From the NCBI GenBank assembly GCA_964016885.1, contig OZ024743.1, positions 22,382,001 to 22,446,000 on the forward strand: DNA of 64,000 bases, in the 5' to 3' direction. The DNA is from Eledone cirrhosa. Its lineage: Eukaryota. Of this stretch, positions 1 through 13,798 are shown in pieces. The notes below the pieces were generated by a model. It saw only the letters and a program-made list of their open reading frames with translations. It was not told the origin of the DNA and ran no database searches. The first letter of the stretch is position 1. Each line of letters begins with the position of its first letter. The translations under genes and the position numbers were made by a program.

Positions 1-3000
1 TTGTATGATAGTCTAAGGCTTCTGCCATTGTCCAGCTGTTAAGTGGACTAAGGAAATTAAATTAAGTGCATTTCTCTGAAACAATAATATGGCAGCAGGC
101 GAATTTGGATACAAAAAAACACTGAGTTGCTAACACAATATACAAAATTGTGACATCCAACTTCATCAAGCAAAGATGGGATGTGAACTAGTAATAACTC
201 AAGGGATGATTAAAACAGTGCAGCTGCTTCGATGAGATTCAAACCCATATTGATTCTCAAATAAAGTAGTTTATTTATATTTAAGCTGTCTTTCTGAAAG
301 ACCAGACCTTCACTCTCACTTTGGGATTGTATGTATGTATGAACCCATGACTTTTAACTGACTTTTCAAATTTTTAGTTCATGTAGTGACATGCAGCATT
401 TCATGGACATTTTAAACCTGGCAGAGTCTATCCCTTTCTAGGTGTGAACACAGCTAATTTCTTTCAGTGAAAAAGAGAGATTGATAGATAGAAAATGAGG
501 ATAGAGGTAGAGAAGAATTGACTCCAGTACTAAACTGGTATTTTTTATCAACCTTAAATGATTGAAATGTAATGTTGGCCTCAGCAGGATTTAAACTCAG
601 GGCTCAAAGAGCTGGATCGAATACTGCAAAGCATTCTATTCCATGTTCTAATGAGTCTTCCAATTTGCTGCCTTCACTTTGGGATTATAGGGTTTTTTTT
701 TAATTCTTCTCAGTATACAATCAACAACAATAAATGAAAAAGAAAAAAAATGACTATAGCCAGACAAAGAAATTCAGGAAACAAACTGAAAGATAATATC
801 CAAATAACTTAAATTCAGCCTGTGTCCTTCCAATACTAGACATAGAGACTAAAGTGTGGCTACTAAGTTGCTGTCATTTAATGACTAACTAGATTATCTC
901 AATATAAGGTTCCATGTATGTACTTGCTGACCTCAGGTGCTTGGTTGAAATATGAACAGGTGCCAAGAAAATAGTTAAAATAGGATAATAAAAGATACAG
1001 AAAAAAAAAATAATTAGCAAAGGTTCAGTAAAGAAACTGATTTTATTATGAATAATTCTATCTTTGGGGTAGTTGTCAGTCTGCTGATAAATGATTGTTT
1101 AGGGTGGGAATGAAAGATATAAGATTCAAACTATCTGTAACAATTAAATTTCTGACAGCTACCTATCTCATTAGAAGTAAGGGTGTGCTATGTAGAAAAT
1201 AAAGTAATAGGTTTACAGAGTGTTGCCAAAGTTGAATTATTTTGCTACTATAAATAGCATGGAAGATACTGATTCCATATTTTAGATATAAATATTGAAA
1301 TATAGAAGTCAGTAAGCATTGAAAAACATAGCTGCAGCATGTATCCATTATTAAATAAAAGTTAGCTAAAACCACTTTGCTCCAAACCCTTTTTTGTAGT
1401 TCAAATTCTCAAGTCCCCTACCCATGCAGTTGTCATCTTCATTTGATTCCAGAAATTGATGGCCACAATCCTCTGCCACCTATTTCAACTTTTGTAATCA
1501 GTTGTGATCCCATAGTCAGGTGATCAGCTCAAGTTATAAGTGGGTTTTGAATCCTGATGCAGAATTTGAACTCAGAGCACAAAGTGCCAGAAAAGATCCT
1601 GCGAAGCATCTTGTACAACACTAACAATTCTGCTAATCCACAGCAATGGATATGTACCCCAAAAAATGACTGACAAAGTTGACCTCTATGGAAAATTTGA
1701 ACTCGGAGCACAGAGCCAGAACAAATGCCACAAAATATTCTATCAGATGCACTTATAACTGGCAATTCACTCACTTGAAGCAGTAGAGATTTTGAAGTGG
1801 ATTTTTGTTAGGGTCAACATTGCCTTTCATACTTCAATAAAATAACTCCCTGTTAGGTATTTTCTGGGGGAGGGAGGGTTACAAAAGATGATAGAGTGCT
1901 ACTCTAGGGGCCTTCCAGTATTTAATTTTATACCTATACATTCCGTGATGAAATCCTTGTAGGTTGAGTTTGCTATTTGAGTTTTCAGAGTTGATAAATA
2001 CAAATGATAGTAATATAAATAATTTAAATGAAAGCAGTGGTTTGGTAATCTAGCTTTGCCTTTCATCATTACAGGATCAATAAATAAAGTACCTCTGAGG
2101 TCAATTTAATCGACTTTCCCCCTTCCCTTCAAATTGCTGGCTTGTACCAAATGTAGGAACCATTATTAGAGTGAGACAGAATGCTTTGTGGTATTTGTTC
2201 CAGCTCTCTACACTATGGCTTCAAATACCTTCATGGTTAACCATTATGCATTTCATCATTTTGAGGTCAATAAATAAAATACCAGTCAAATGTGTAAGAC
2301 TGGAACAAATGTTAAAGCTTTGGGGCTGTAGTAGTAGTTGCAGAGACACAAAAGAAAGCAAAACAGAACAACAGGTTTCACAAAATAAATGAGTGATGTT
2401 GATCCCTAGGCTTGTTGTCACTTTTGTATTGCAATATAGGTGCAATATCAGTGCAGAAGGAACACAGAGTGATATAATGTAAGGGGAGGTTTGAAAACCA
2501 TAAGAATATACAGGAGTTGTGTTCTATTCCAGGCAGGGAAATGAAATGCATGAGACTCTTGATGCGGAGGAAAAAAAATCCTAGCCGTTTTTTAACTGGT
2601 ATTTTTGATAGTAAAAATATTGCTTTTGTTTTTTTTTGTGTCCAACATTAATATCTTGCTGTGCAATTAAATTATAATTCCATTTCTTTTGTTAGTTGGC
2701 GTTCTGTTTGTAAACTGTGATTTTTTTTATTCTTTGTTAGTTTTCTTTATGGAAAGGTGTGGCTCATAATTATTGAAGCCATTTTTCTGTGTGCAAACAG
2801 CATGAGATAAGATATTTATCTAATGAAAATGACAAACCTTAATTTTGTGTTTAAACACTGTAGATGTAGGTTTTCCATAAGTTCAATAAAAGTCTATTCT
2901 CATCATCATCATTTAACATCCACTTTCACTGATGGAGGGGATCGACGGGTAGTCAGCCAGCCAGGGTCGTAGTCAAACAGAGGAACTGACTCCATAGATG

Positions 3001-3367
3001 GGCCAAGAGCCTGCATCTTGTTTACATACAATCCCACACACTATTGCATCCATCTATATTTTGTTGACAGCAATAGAGATGTTGTCACATCTTTGACACT
3101 GCTGAAGAGTCCTCCTGCCTCTTTGTTTGGCAGGTTTTTTTATGGTTGGATGCCCTTCTTGTCACCAACTACTTTACAGAGCATACTGGGTGCATTTATT
3201 TATGTATTTAAAAATGTTTCAATTTGAAAAGTGACATGAAAAGACAACTCACAATAGTTATAGTGATGATGATGACTATGAGTTTAGTTAGATTTCTTAG
3301 GAATTCCCCTTCACCCTACAGTCACACTTAGATTTAACAATTCATATAATGAAGTTAAAATACTTAC

Positions 3368-3514
3368 ATCATATCTTATCTGAAATCGCTGTAAAAATCC
3401 AAGATCTAAGAACATCCGCACACAAGCTTGTAAGGTATTGTCATCATCCAATAAGAAGTCATTGAATTTGTAATCTAGTAAATTGAAATCTGCTGATGTT
3501 GGAACTTGAATGCT
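3368..3514 (-). CDS. PDE11: PDE exon (start of catalytic domain); gene continues beyond the left edge of the window
   Basis: tttaag/gtaagt; 147 nt, SIQVPTSADFNLLDYKFNDFLLDDDNTLQACVRMFLDLGFLQRFQIRYD. Subfamily (PDE11 vs PDE5/6) is recalled similarity, not a search result. Confidence 0.9.
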
Positions 3515-3676
3515 CTTAAAAAAAATAAAATAAAAAGTGAGAAAAAGTATTAATAAGTATGAAATAAATAAAATAATATTTTCAAAAGTATAATGGAGAA
3601 ATGCCTATGTAAAGTAGATAGAAGCATAGCAAAAAGTTGATTACTTAGAAATAGTAATTTCTTTTCATTTCTTTTC

Positions 3677-4353
3677 AGAGACGTTTTGTATTGTTTTGCT
3701 CAGAGCACAATGAAGCACTGCACATAGTGCTGCAGGCAGTAGTGTGTATTCAGATCAGAGTGAAGTCTTTATATGGAACCGCAAGGGCACTATCATGACA
3801 TACAGTGTGTCTCAGGCACTTTAAATCTGGCAGAGCGCATCCACTCTCCAGGTCTTTACATAACCTCTTTTATCTAACTGTTATCTATTCTATCAACTCT
3901 GAAACAATAAAAAGCAAAGCTGACCCAGTCAAAATTTGAACATAAATGGAAAGGAAGCAGCTGAAGAGAACAAGACATTTTGTTTCATATTCTGACATTT
4001 TCTGTCATTTCCACCATAATAATGGGAGGAGTGGGTGGATGAAGAGGTAGCAGATGAGTGGGTGGATGAAGAGGAGACAAATGAGGTAGTAGATAAGGAT
4101 GAGAAAAATGAGGAAAAGGAAGATGAAAAAGAAGTGGATGAAGAGAATAGGGATGAGAAGACAAGTGATGATGGTGATGGTGAGTATTGTTGACTTCATC
4201 TTCAGTCAACTGTCTTGCTGGTAGCTGATCAAATGTGCTGGAACAACAAGATGGTTCAGACACACTTCACTCTGATCTGAATACACCCTACTGCCTGCAG
4301 CACTATGTGCAGTGCTTCATTGTGCTCTGAGCAAAACAATACAAAACGTCTCT
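3677..4353. repeat. Long inverted repeat, 90-bp arms at 3677-3766 and 4264-4353
   Basis: Arms are reverse complements with one mismatch; the ~500-bp spacer includes a GA-rich low-complexity tract. Confidence 0.9.
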
Positions 4354-4446
4354 CTGACATTTACAACATTGATTAGGTAGACATATAATTTGTATAATGT
4401 TCTGGCATTATTTCAATGCCTATAGCATGTGACCATAATGAATGTG

Positions 4447-4720
4447 TATGGCCTAGTGGTGACAGTGTTGAACTCACAATTATAAAGCCATGAGTTTGAT
4501 TCTCAGATTAGCAGATTTTTAGGTTGCAGTGTGTCCTTGAGCAAGACATTAAATTTCAAATTCATTTTTTGCAGTGCTCCAGTATGCTGAGGTGAAAATC
4601 AATACAAAGAGTAGCCAAGGTTTAGCTCTGTGGCAGACTAGCACCTCATCCAAGGGAAAAGTCTTATATTCTCACTCATAGCATCACATAAAACCAGGAT
4701 AAGCTCTGGCTTTCATCCAA
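4447..4720 (+). mobile_element. tRNA-derived SINE, family 2 (degenerate)
   Basis: tggcctagtggt A-box-like head and gtgtccttgagcaagaca core shared with the 6815-7143 copy. Confidence 0.6.
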
Positions 4721-5929
4721 GTCATGCAAACATGGAGGAATGGACATAAAAATGACAACTAATTATCTGACTTGATTCCAGTTCAATTTACAGCAGTGGT
4801 CACAAATGGAGATATGCATCATAACATTTCTATCTTTCATTACTGTGCATGAGTGCTAGTAAGCTCCTGGAAAACTGTAATTGCAATACACTTTCAACTT
4901 TCAGCTTCTCTGTAGGTTATTTCTTGAGATGAAATGATGGATACTTCTTATTTGCAATATATTAAATTTTTTGGAATGTATTCCAAGCAAAACTGAACAA
5001 CCACTTTTCAGCAACCTGTCAGTGCTTCAATGTTTTTTATATATTTTTTTACCATCCTATAATCTGTCTGTTTGTTGTTGATTTTGTTTAGCCCATGTCA
5101 ACTCTAATGTTTCAGTATAGAACTAACCCATTTGCCACAAAATAGGCTCTAGTTTTAAGAAGGAAAAACCTCCCATTTTCTAGGGTTCCTATTTGAATTA
5201 ATCTCTTGCAACATAATTTTATATAAAAACTATATGTTAAGTTACTATCTTTGCAATAAAATAATTAATAATCTGAGAAAATCCCTCAAAATGCTTCATT
5301 AAATTTATTGAATGTTTTTAATTAGAAATAAGATCCTGGAATGGTTAAAAGTAAGCATTATAGCTGTAAGCATCCAATCGGTTGTACATATATAGCATTC
5401 ATTATCTTTTGATAGAGAAACTAAAAAGGAAACTAAAACATGACAACAATAATAAAGGTAATCAGAAAAGAGTTAGTCTGACTGACAAAATAGGTTCCAT
5501 TCATTATTTACCATTAAATGGTTATCAGAGGGCTATGCAACTAGATATTTAAACATTTGATCCAATAAGCCAACAAAGTAGCTTTTTCATGGCCCTTCAA
5601 TCTAGAAAAACTAGCAACCAAATATCTCAAAAATCATACCCTACAGTTTTTCTCAAGAAAAAGAAACAAATTGGATAAACTATATCTGAAAATAAGAGAT
5701 GAAGAAAGTGGTCGCCATATCTGGAAGGCTTTTGATCATAGGTCTGCTTGATCAGGGCTGATTTGGAGCTAAACTACATTTACTCCAACTAAAACCATTC
5801 CCCTCATGTAAGAATGTTAAACATGAATATAAAATAAACCTGACCACACACCATCTTAAAAAAGCAAGCAATCCTTGTTAGCAGGGAAAACAGATTATGG
5901 TGATGATAATGAAGATGATGTATTCTAAC

Positions 5930-6073
5930 CTTGAGTTTTTCAGCTTCTTCACCTGATGCAGTAGCATGATAGGAGAGAACTTCCAGAGAAACTTGCTGCC
6001 GTGCTATTGCCTTCATTGCTGTTTCATACATCTGTGTATTATCAATTCCCATACCACAGAAGATGGCAAAAGC
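5930..6073 (-). CDS. PDE11: PDE exon (end of GAF-B and linker helix)
   Basis: cttgcag/gttaga; 144 nt, [48 protein letters not shown]; lies inside ORF 5804..6079. Confidence 0.93.
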
Positions 6074-6814
6074 CTGCAAGAAAATAAATTAACAAATTAG
6101 GAGTGTGTTTACAATAAATTGAAATTTTAGTTCTAGGATTGAGAGGAGATGGCTAAGAATACCTAAATGCTAATCTTATGACTGAGCCAGTCAGTATGTA
6201 AAATATATCTATATCTTTTCTAATTTCTGTTACATAGTAATAATTATTTAATTAACCATAGAAATGTGAAAGGCATTGTATTGGTTATTTTATTTTCCCA
6301 GCCATTCAAATCTTTTTTTATTTCAATTAACTTCCCTCATCTAATTTGTGTCATGACAAAATGAATATCTATAATTAAAACTTACATATCATTGCACAGT
6401 TAAATTTGCAAGATGATTTATTCTTAATTAAATTCCTGACAAAGAATGTATACTTTTCTCCAAATGTGTGGGATTGGTATCAACATAAGAAATCAATATC
6501 TTAGTCATCTTCCAGCCCTAGTTCAAAAATAGATTTCCCTTTCCTTTTACCAAATAGAATACCAAATGTTTGTAACTCCTTATTACTTATATTTACTTCA
6601 TAGACAGAGAGGGGATATAAAGTAGAATTGAGTTCAGTAAGATCCAAAACTGGAATCGAGAACATAAATACAGTAAAAAATGTTATGCCGCTGTCTATAG
6701 TTTCCGTAATCTCCAGGATTCTACTTCAAACAAATAAAAGAGAACACTCTTTAGAAAAGTGATTGAAATCTTTAAATATATCACAATACTAATAATATAT
6801 ATACATATTTTAAG

Positions 6815-7143
6815 CCACCTTTAGTCACAAATGACCATGGTTATGACCATGGTTAAGCACCTGGAAAGTTCCCATCTGAAGCACAAGCCTGGGCAAAGTA
6901 TGTTTATGGAAGACAAGCAGTTGCCAGTCTCCCCTCTCCACACCACCGATGTTTTTCCAAGGGAAAGGCAATGGCTGATACAGCTTGGCACCAGTGACGT
7001 CGTAACTCATTTCTACAGCTGAGTAAACTGGAGCAACGTGAAATAAAGTGTCTTGCTCAAGGACACAACGCACCACCCAGTTCAGGATTCAAACTCACAA
7101 CGTTATGATTGTGAGCTTAACACTAACTAAAAAAGCCACTCGC
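6815..7143 (-). mobile_element. tRNA-derived SINE, family 2
   Basis: Minus strand has a tRNA-like head then gtgtccttgagcaagacactttatttcacgttgctccagtttactcagctgtagaaatgag; related copies at 7353-7503 and 19615-19860. Confidence 0.75.
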
Positions 7144-7352
7144 CTTTATATATATATATATATATATCTCATCATCATCATCATTTTACATCCGCTTTTC
7201 CTTGCTTGCAAGGGTAGGACGGGAACTGATTCTGGCTTGATTTCTACAGCTGGATGCCCTTCCTAACACCAACCTCATTTACAGTGAGTGCTGGGTGCTT
7301 TTATGCCGTGGCACCTCCACGACCACTTTGCAGTGGAATGATAGGGACCCAA

Positions 7353-7503
7353 GTCCTATCATCTCATTTCTACAGCTGAGTAAACTGGAGCAATGTGAAA
7401 TAAAGTGTCTTGCTCAAGGAAACAACACATCACCCGGTCTGAGAATTGAACTCACAACCGTTCGATTGCAAGGCCAATGCTCTAACCACTAAGCCATGTG
7501 CCT
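7353..7503 (-). mobile_element. tRNA-derived SINE, family 2 (5' part)
   Basis: gtggcttagtggttagagc-like head, gagttcaattc B box, and ~60 nt nearly identical to 7005-7065. Confidence 0.75.
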
Positions 7504-7538
7504 CCATATATATATATAAAAATTTTTTTTAAAATTAC

Positions 7539-7682
7539 CTCAAAGAAATGTTCATCGTTTTTGTTAAATGGAGTCCGATCCAGTTTGTTGATAAGTTGGC
7601 TAACACCGATAATCTGCCCAGTGGCATTTCTTATAGGCATACATAAAATAGACCTAGTTTTAAAGCGAGTATCTTCATCACT
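7539..7682 (-). CDS. PDE11: PDE exon (GAF-B, NKFDE-type motif)
   Basis: ttttacag/gtaatt; 144 nt, SDEDTRFKTRSILCMPIRNATGQIIGVSQLINKLDRTPFNKNDEHFFE. Confidence 0.93.
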
Positions 7683-8861
7683 CTGTAAAAAAAAGAAGTG
7701 AATAAAAAAAATGGTGAAGATTCAAATGCTAACATAAAAGAATCATTACTTTACACAATTTCTAAGTAAAATTTCAAAATACATTAAAATCATGAATGAC
7801 TACTAATTAATATTCAACATATTAAGATAAGAGCAAGTACCCAGTGGTGCACTTTTGAACCTCAAATTAATGTCTAAAATGACAAATTTACATTAACCTC
7901 TTAGCACTTAATTCTGAATTTGATTCAAAGTGATATTCATTGTTGTATTTAGAGAATTGAAGTAGAATACGGTGATATGTTGTACATTAGTAGAATAAAC
8001 CTACCTTAATAGCACTTGTAAGATTAAAATAGCTGAAACAACTTATAGTTAAGGAAATTTCCTGCATGTATGTATGCCTTAGATATATAAATGGAAATAA
8101 CAAATCTGAGTTAAATATAAATCTTTCATATTTATGAAGGACACCTGGAATAGGGTACATACAAATCCTGCATCAATTATATGGCTCTGATTTTGAAAAT
8201 TGCATGCCTTGGATTAAGTGGCAGGTGTTATGCCTGATAGTACCTAATTTAATAAGACAGACTAGCAAGTGTTCTGTAGTGTAATTAGTTAAGTAGTCAA
8301 TAAGAAGAATCAGAAGAATGACAGACAAAATGTACTCAGTATTCAATTACATCTCTTTACCTTCTTGATCTATATTCCACCTAATCATTTTCTTTTTGTA
8401 TCCTTTTAGGGTCAGAATAATAGGTATCAACCAAGTATAGCCTTATTCCTATGATCGAAATCCTTAATATTATTCTCATGGGTGATAAAACCAGTAAATC
8501 ACAGGATACACCTTTACATTCTGAGTTCAAATGCCACCAAGATCACCTACATGTCTCCCTTTCTATAGTCAATAAAATATACCCAGTAAAATACTTGGCT
8601 TGATTTCATTTTCTTCCCAGTATGTATGTCTTTATATCTATGTTAGAAATTGTCATTATTATTATCATTGGTTTTCTTGACAAGGTACAAGGTTTGTTAT
8701 ATTCCTGTTCCATTTATCCTATGCCCATAGCTAGATATACAGGAAAGTGTTGTTTCCAAAGTCTGCTCTATGAAAGATGAGCTGCATCCATGCAAGCCCT
8801 TTGATGCTCAAAAACAGTGGGAGTGGTTCAGAATATTCTAGGTGAATACTACCTGTCCTTA

Positions 8862-9120
8862 TACTAAGCATAACACTACAGGCAGTGACCCTTCATTCTC
8901 CCTGTCATTTTACTAAGCACAGCACTACAGGCAGTGCTGTGGTTGCATTGACAGTGACCCTGCATCCTCTGTGTCATTCTACTAAGCACAGCACTGCAGG
9001 CAGTGCTGTGCTTGCAGTATCATCAGTCATTTGTTCTCCTCATTTTTCTGCCACACATAGCACTGTGGGCAGTGCTGCGTATGCATTGGTGGTAACTGTT
9101 TTCCCTGTAATTCAGCTAAG
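8862..9120. repeat. Degenerate ~68-bp tandem repeat (about 4 units), each with a hairpin core
   Basis: Recurring actaagcacagcact-cag-gcagtgctgt; best unit aagcacagcactgc-ag-gcagtgctgtgctt is a perfect 14-bp stem. Confidence 0.75.
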
Positions 9121-10249
9121 TGTACTACTGCATATAATTTAAGGAACATATTTCACAATGCTTTTTATACACCCCATTTTCTAAAGCTGAAGCTGCACCA
9201 TTAAAAATGTGGCAGTGCTATATAACACCCCCCTTTGTTGATGGGCTTATGTCCATAAACTAAGCAAAAGCGTCTGAATTGGAGAGAGACAGAGAAAGGG
9301 GAAAATTTGTCCATAACTTGATAACAATCTACAGCAGAGAAGTGTTCTGCATATGGATTGACCTAGAATGAATGAGCTGTATCCATAGTTTAATGAATGA
9401 ATGAGCTGTATCCATAGTTTAATATACACCAAACAAAATATTTCTTAAATCAAATCAAGTGAGGAAACATTTTTTTTATAGCATGACACACAGAGATAAA
9501 ACCCAAAGAAGGAATGGGACAAAGGTATGAAAAATATCCTAAAGAAATTAAACCTGATGAAAGAGATAATACAAAGGTCCACCAGAGCCAGTACAAGCAC
9601 TGCAACACTAACAGTAAATGTGACAAGAGATCAGAAATTGCAAGGAGTGGAAAGGTGCCCTTTCAGCCTACAGTGGACAAGACAACCTCTTTAGTATTAG
9701 TGTCATGACAGAACTTGGAAAAGCAATGACAAATAAACCAAGGCAACATGTTAGAGTAGAAAGGATCCTTTGGCCCTGATGAGGACTTGACAACATTTCT
9801 AGTAGTGGTGCCACAATAAAATGCACTCATTATATTCTGTAATGTGGTAGTGTTGGTGTCACAAACTCTGTAGAGGGGTTGTTATTAGGAAGGGCATCAA
9901 GCTATATAAACCATATCAACATATGGACCATATGATAAAACATACCTAATATAATCTGTAAAATGGCAGGGCTGGTACCATGATAAAATGCACCCCAATA
10001 TACTTTATATAATGGTAGTGCTGGTGCCATAATAAACTCCACAGGGTAGAGGTTGGCAATCGAAACAGCATTCAGCTGTATAAACCATACCAAAATATGG
10101 ACCATATTAGAAAGACCTGATTCTCTAGCCCGTTTAGTCTTGGACTGTGATGACTCATTCAATTCATGCCAGCATGGAAAATGATGAAAGATGATGATGA
10201 TAATATACATATATGTGGTCTGTGTGTGAATGTAAATGTAAATACTTAC

Positions 10250-10297
10250 AGATGGATCAAACCTGCAATCAACATAAGCATTTGGAATGTTGAGAAT
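10250..10297 (-). CDS. PDE11: PDE exon (GAF-B)
   Basis: tttcacag/gtaagt; 48 nt, ILNIPNAYVDCRFDPS; phase 0-0, in frame with the previous exon. Confidence 0.9.
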
Positions 10298-10971
10298 CTG
10301 TGAAATAAATTATAAAAAGAAATAAAAGAATCTCACATAATTTAAGAAAGCCATACTTTCAGATGTACCAATCTTTGCAAATGGAGAATAGAACATCTTT
10401 GCTTATTATCTATATTTATTTATAAAGAAAACTTAACTAGTAAAATAAGTTTTCTTTTTGCCATTTTACATAAACACATGCACAGACAGAAAAAAAGTCA
10501 TATGCAAGCAAATACACAAACATACACACAAAGATAAGCACATGAATAAATACAACTTAAGTATACATGAAATTCATCAATCTTTTGTTCTACCCTTTAT
10601 AACTGTGATATAAATAGATATTCATGATACAGTTAGCAGTAAATCATAATAAGATAACGTTAAGTTTGTCAACCGAAACGTTGGTATTTATAATGAACTT
10701 TTCAGCAAACCACACAATTGCATAACACAGAACATAAATGTATTTATTTCTATTAAACCATTATTGTTATTATTGTTGCAGACACATAAATACATACTAA
10801 AAATATCTTGCAGTATTCGGTTACAGACCTGCTGGCCTTAGCAATGAGTACTAAATGACATATAATTGTATACTATGTATACTTGTTACCCAATTTCTCT
10901 TTTCTATATAAAACACCACCTTAATGTTCTATCTTGTCTTTGGAGAGATGACTCAAGAAGAATTACTATCA

Positions 10972-11178
10972 TTTGGCAGCATCGGTAGAGTGTTAGATAC
11001 CATGTTTCGCAGCATAGAGTTACAGCACTTTACAGTCTGAATTCAAATCTGACCGGTGTTTGCTTTGCCTTTCATCCTTACTGAATCAATAAAATAAAGC
11101 ACCATTGGGGTCGATTTAATCGACTTTCCCATCCCCCAAAATTGCTGGCCTTGTGCCTAAAAGTAGAAACAATTATTT
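10972..11178 (+). mobile_element. tRNA-derived SINE, family 1 (long variant)
   Basis: tggcagcatcggtagag head; ggggtcgatttaatcgactttcccc insert; gcctaaaagtagaaacaattat tail. Confidence 0.8.
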
Positions 11179-12650
11179 GAAACTTCCTTTGAACTCTGTT
11201 TCATTCACAAATCATGCTGAGTGTCAACATGGTACCTGAGGAAAAATTTGAAAACACACATTTTACAATCAATTGTCATACAAATGGCACAAAAACAGTA
11301 AATGTCTCTGCAAGGTTTTTAAACTGACAATGCACTTCTCAAGACATGGATAGTGTCAGTCAGCACTATTTTCTGTATCTCTTGCAGAGATGGCTTCCAA
11401 GTATCTGGTCCAAATATTTTTCAGTCATCTTTTTTATCATACCAAGTGCACCGGCTATGACTGGTATTGTACAGACCATAAGATGCAACATTTTCTTAAT
11501 TTCAATTGATACATCTTTATACTTACAGAGCTTTCTGAACTCTTTTGAAGAGATGTTATGATCTGATTGGAATACTCATGTCAATTAAGAAACATGTTTT
11601 CTTTTTATGCTCCTTCAATATTATATCAGGTCTTGTTGGCCTTGATTGTTCTGTCAGTATTCACAGGGAAATCCCAGAGGATTGTTACATTCTTACCTCC
11701 AGTTGCTGCATATGGGTGATGGTTGTACCATTTTTCCTCTGTTTCCAGACCATAAAACATGCACATTATCCAGTGTAAGAATTGCCCAACTTTATCATGC
11801 CTCGTTTTATATGCCTGGGGAGCTAATACTTTGCAGCCTGAAACCAGGGGGTCAATGGTCTCAACAAAATCAACACATTTGGTCAATTCCATTTCTGAAC
11901 ACATTAGGCAACATGAGACTTGTGCAGTCAAAATTAAGCCCTAACTCTGTCTTTAACCCAGAATTCTGCAGCCACTGATGGGTAAGAGCTTGATCCACAT
12001 CAGGTTCTTTGCTATGGAGAACATACTGCCCATGCAGTGGTTTTTGCTTCAATTTAGTGCACAGTCTATGTTGGCCTTCATGTTTTGTCAACACTTTGAA
12101 TTTCTTTGTGGTATTAAGTGCAGAATCAGTATTATTTTCAAACTGTTCTTCTGCAAACTTGCTACTTTCCTTTGTGATTGAATGTAACCTCTTCTTCCTT
12201 TTGTGACCTGCAACCATTTCTATCATCCAGTCATCTATAGTTTTGAGGTATTGTTTGAGTCCAATGGTCGATATCCTGTATGAAAGCTCAAGCTGGATCA
12301 TTCTTCTACCTCCATCTTGTCTAGAGAGACGGAGGTGATCAACATCTGCTTTTGGGTGATGTATTCTATTACAGCTAAGAAGTTTCCTGATTTTGGTGTC
12401 CATTCTCTTAATTTCATTAATGTTCCAATTTATAATATTGAAACTAAGTGATAACAGGGATTGCAAGCACATTTATGGCAGATAATTTATTTCTCGAGTT
12501 AAGCTCTGTTTTTATGACAGCACCTACTCTCCTGTAGCATTCCTTCCTGATTCTCTCTTTCATGCTCGCATGGTGAATACTTCCTTGATTCCTAGATACC
12601 TGTAGGCTTGTCCTTGTTCCCTACTTACTGTATTCACATCCATTTCCATT
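11178..12650 (-). mobile_element. 5'-truncated, decayed R4/Dong-clade non-LTR retrotransposon (RT C-terminus, CCHC knuckle, restriction-like endonuclease)
   Basis: ORFs 11870..12472 and 11626..11931: HPKADVD..L.R..GGR, KPLHGQY, C..C..ET..LVSGC, RHD, LWDF..TDR..AN(KP)D, GALG, LQEIQKIVL; several frameshifts. Confidence 0.85.
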
Positions 12651-12674
12651 ATGACTATTATTATTATTATTATT

Positions 12675-12957
12675 GAAGTCTCAGTCATTGATGTTATTTA
12701 ACTGGAAAGTTTATTCAAATGAGCATCAAGCTGCTACCTGCAGCCTCAGATATTCAGGACATATCGGAGGGTTCTTGCTGTTCCCAGCAAGCATGCCTTT
12801 TGAAGTGTCCCAAAAAAAGGGGGCTGGACTAATGTTCTTTAACCATCCTTGAAAACTTTTTGAAATAGCACCTAGTGCTCCTATGACAATCGGGATGACC
12901 TTGATCTCATGACAGTCCCAAATCCTTTTTGATTCGCACTTTAAATCCTTGCTACTT
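12675..12957 (-). mobile_element. Second, divergent R4/Dong-type 3' fragment between (TTA)n tracts
   Basis: Minus strand reads KRIWDCHEIKVIPIVIGALGAISK...LQKACLLGTARTLRYVLNI*; (tta)n on both sides. Confidence 0.75.
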
Positions 12958-13798
12958 TATTATTATTATTATTATTTATTTTGCAGTGTTTTATATAATT
13001 TCTTGCTGGATCCTAAAAACACTTCACCCACAGAAGGATATGTCTGCATTGTACATATATCATCAGTATCATCATCATTTTATGTCTACTTTTTCATGCT
13101 TGAAAGCATTAAAGCAAAGTTGGTCTTGCTGGGATATGAACTGAGATTTCAGAGAGCCAGAACAAATATCACAAAGAACTTTGTCCTATTCTCAATCAAC
13201 TCTGCTAATTTGCCACATGGGAAAATCTGTTACCAACACAAATGCTCTAGCCAGCTATCCAAGAAATTAGGGTAGAAATCCAGTCTGAAATACAAGGATA
13301 TGGTTAAACACAGCTTGAAACAAATATACAATGACACCTACAGCAGCCCAGCACAGGAGTTAGTGGTGGATAGCAATCCACTTTTGATAATACAACTCAT
13401 TACTTTATATATAGGATGGTCATTATCAACTATTAACAGACAGCATATGATGATGTCATTAAACATTAATTAGTATTGACAAAACAAAAGGCCAATTTAT
13501 TTAAGTAGGGTGGATATAGACCATTGAAATGACCAAAATATATTACAGGCATTTATTTATTCTTAGATTTTAAATTCAAAATGCAGAACGGCAAAAGTAA
13601 TTATTGAAAAGCTTTTAGTCTGGAAGTAATCTGCGATTTCTGCAACATTTAAGATATTAATGTATCTATAGAATTAAAGTACTACAAGTAGCAGAATTGA
13701 TAACTTGTGATCTTTAGTTATGGCTATTTTCATTCTGTATTCAAATCCTACTTAGATGGACATTGCATTTCTTTCTCCCATGAAATAATAGTCACATA

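Noticed and set aside
3985-4263. His/Pro/Leu-rich ORFs
   Set aside because: Translation of a GA-rich low-complexity tract; no splice or homology support.
9369-9422. Two-copy ~28-bp direct repeat
   Set aside because: Ordinary local slippage duplication.
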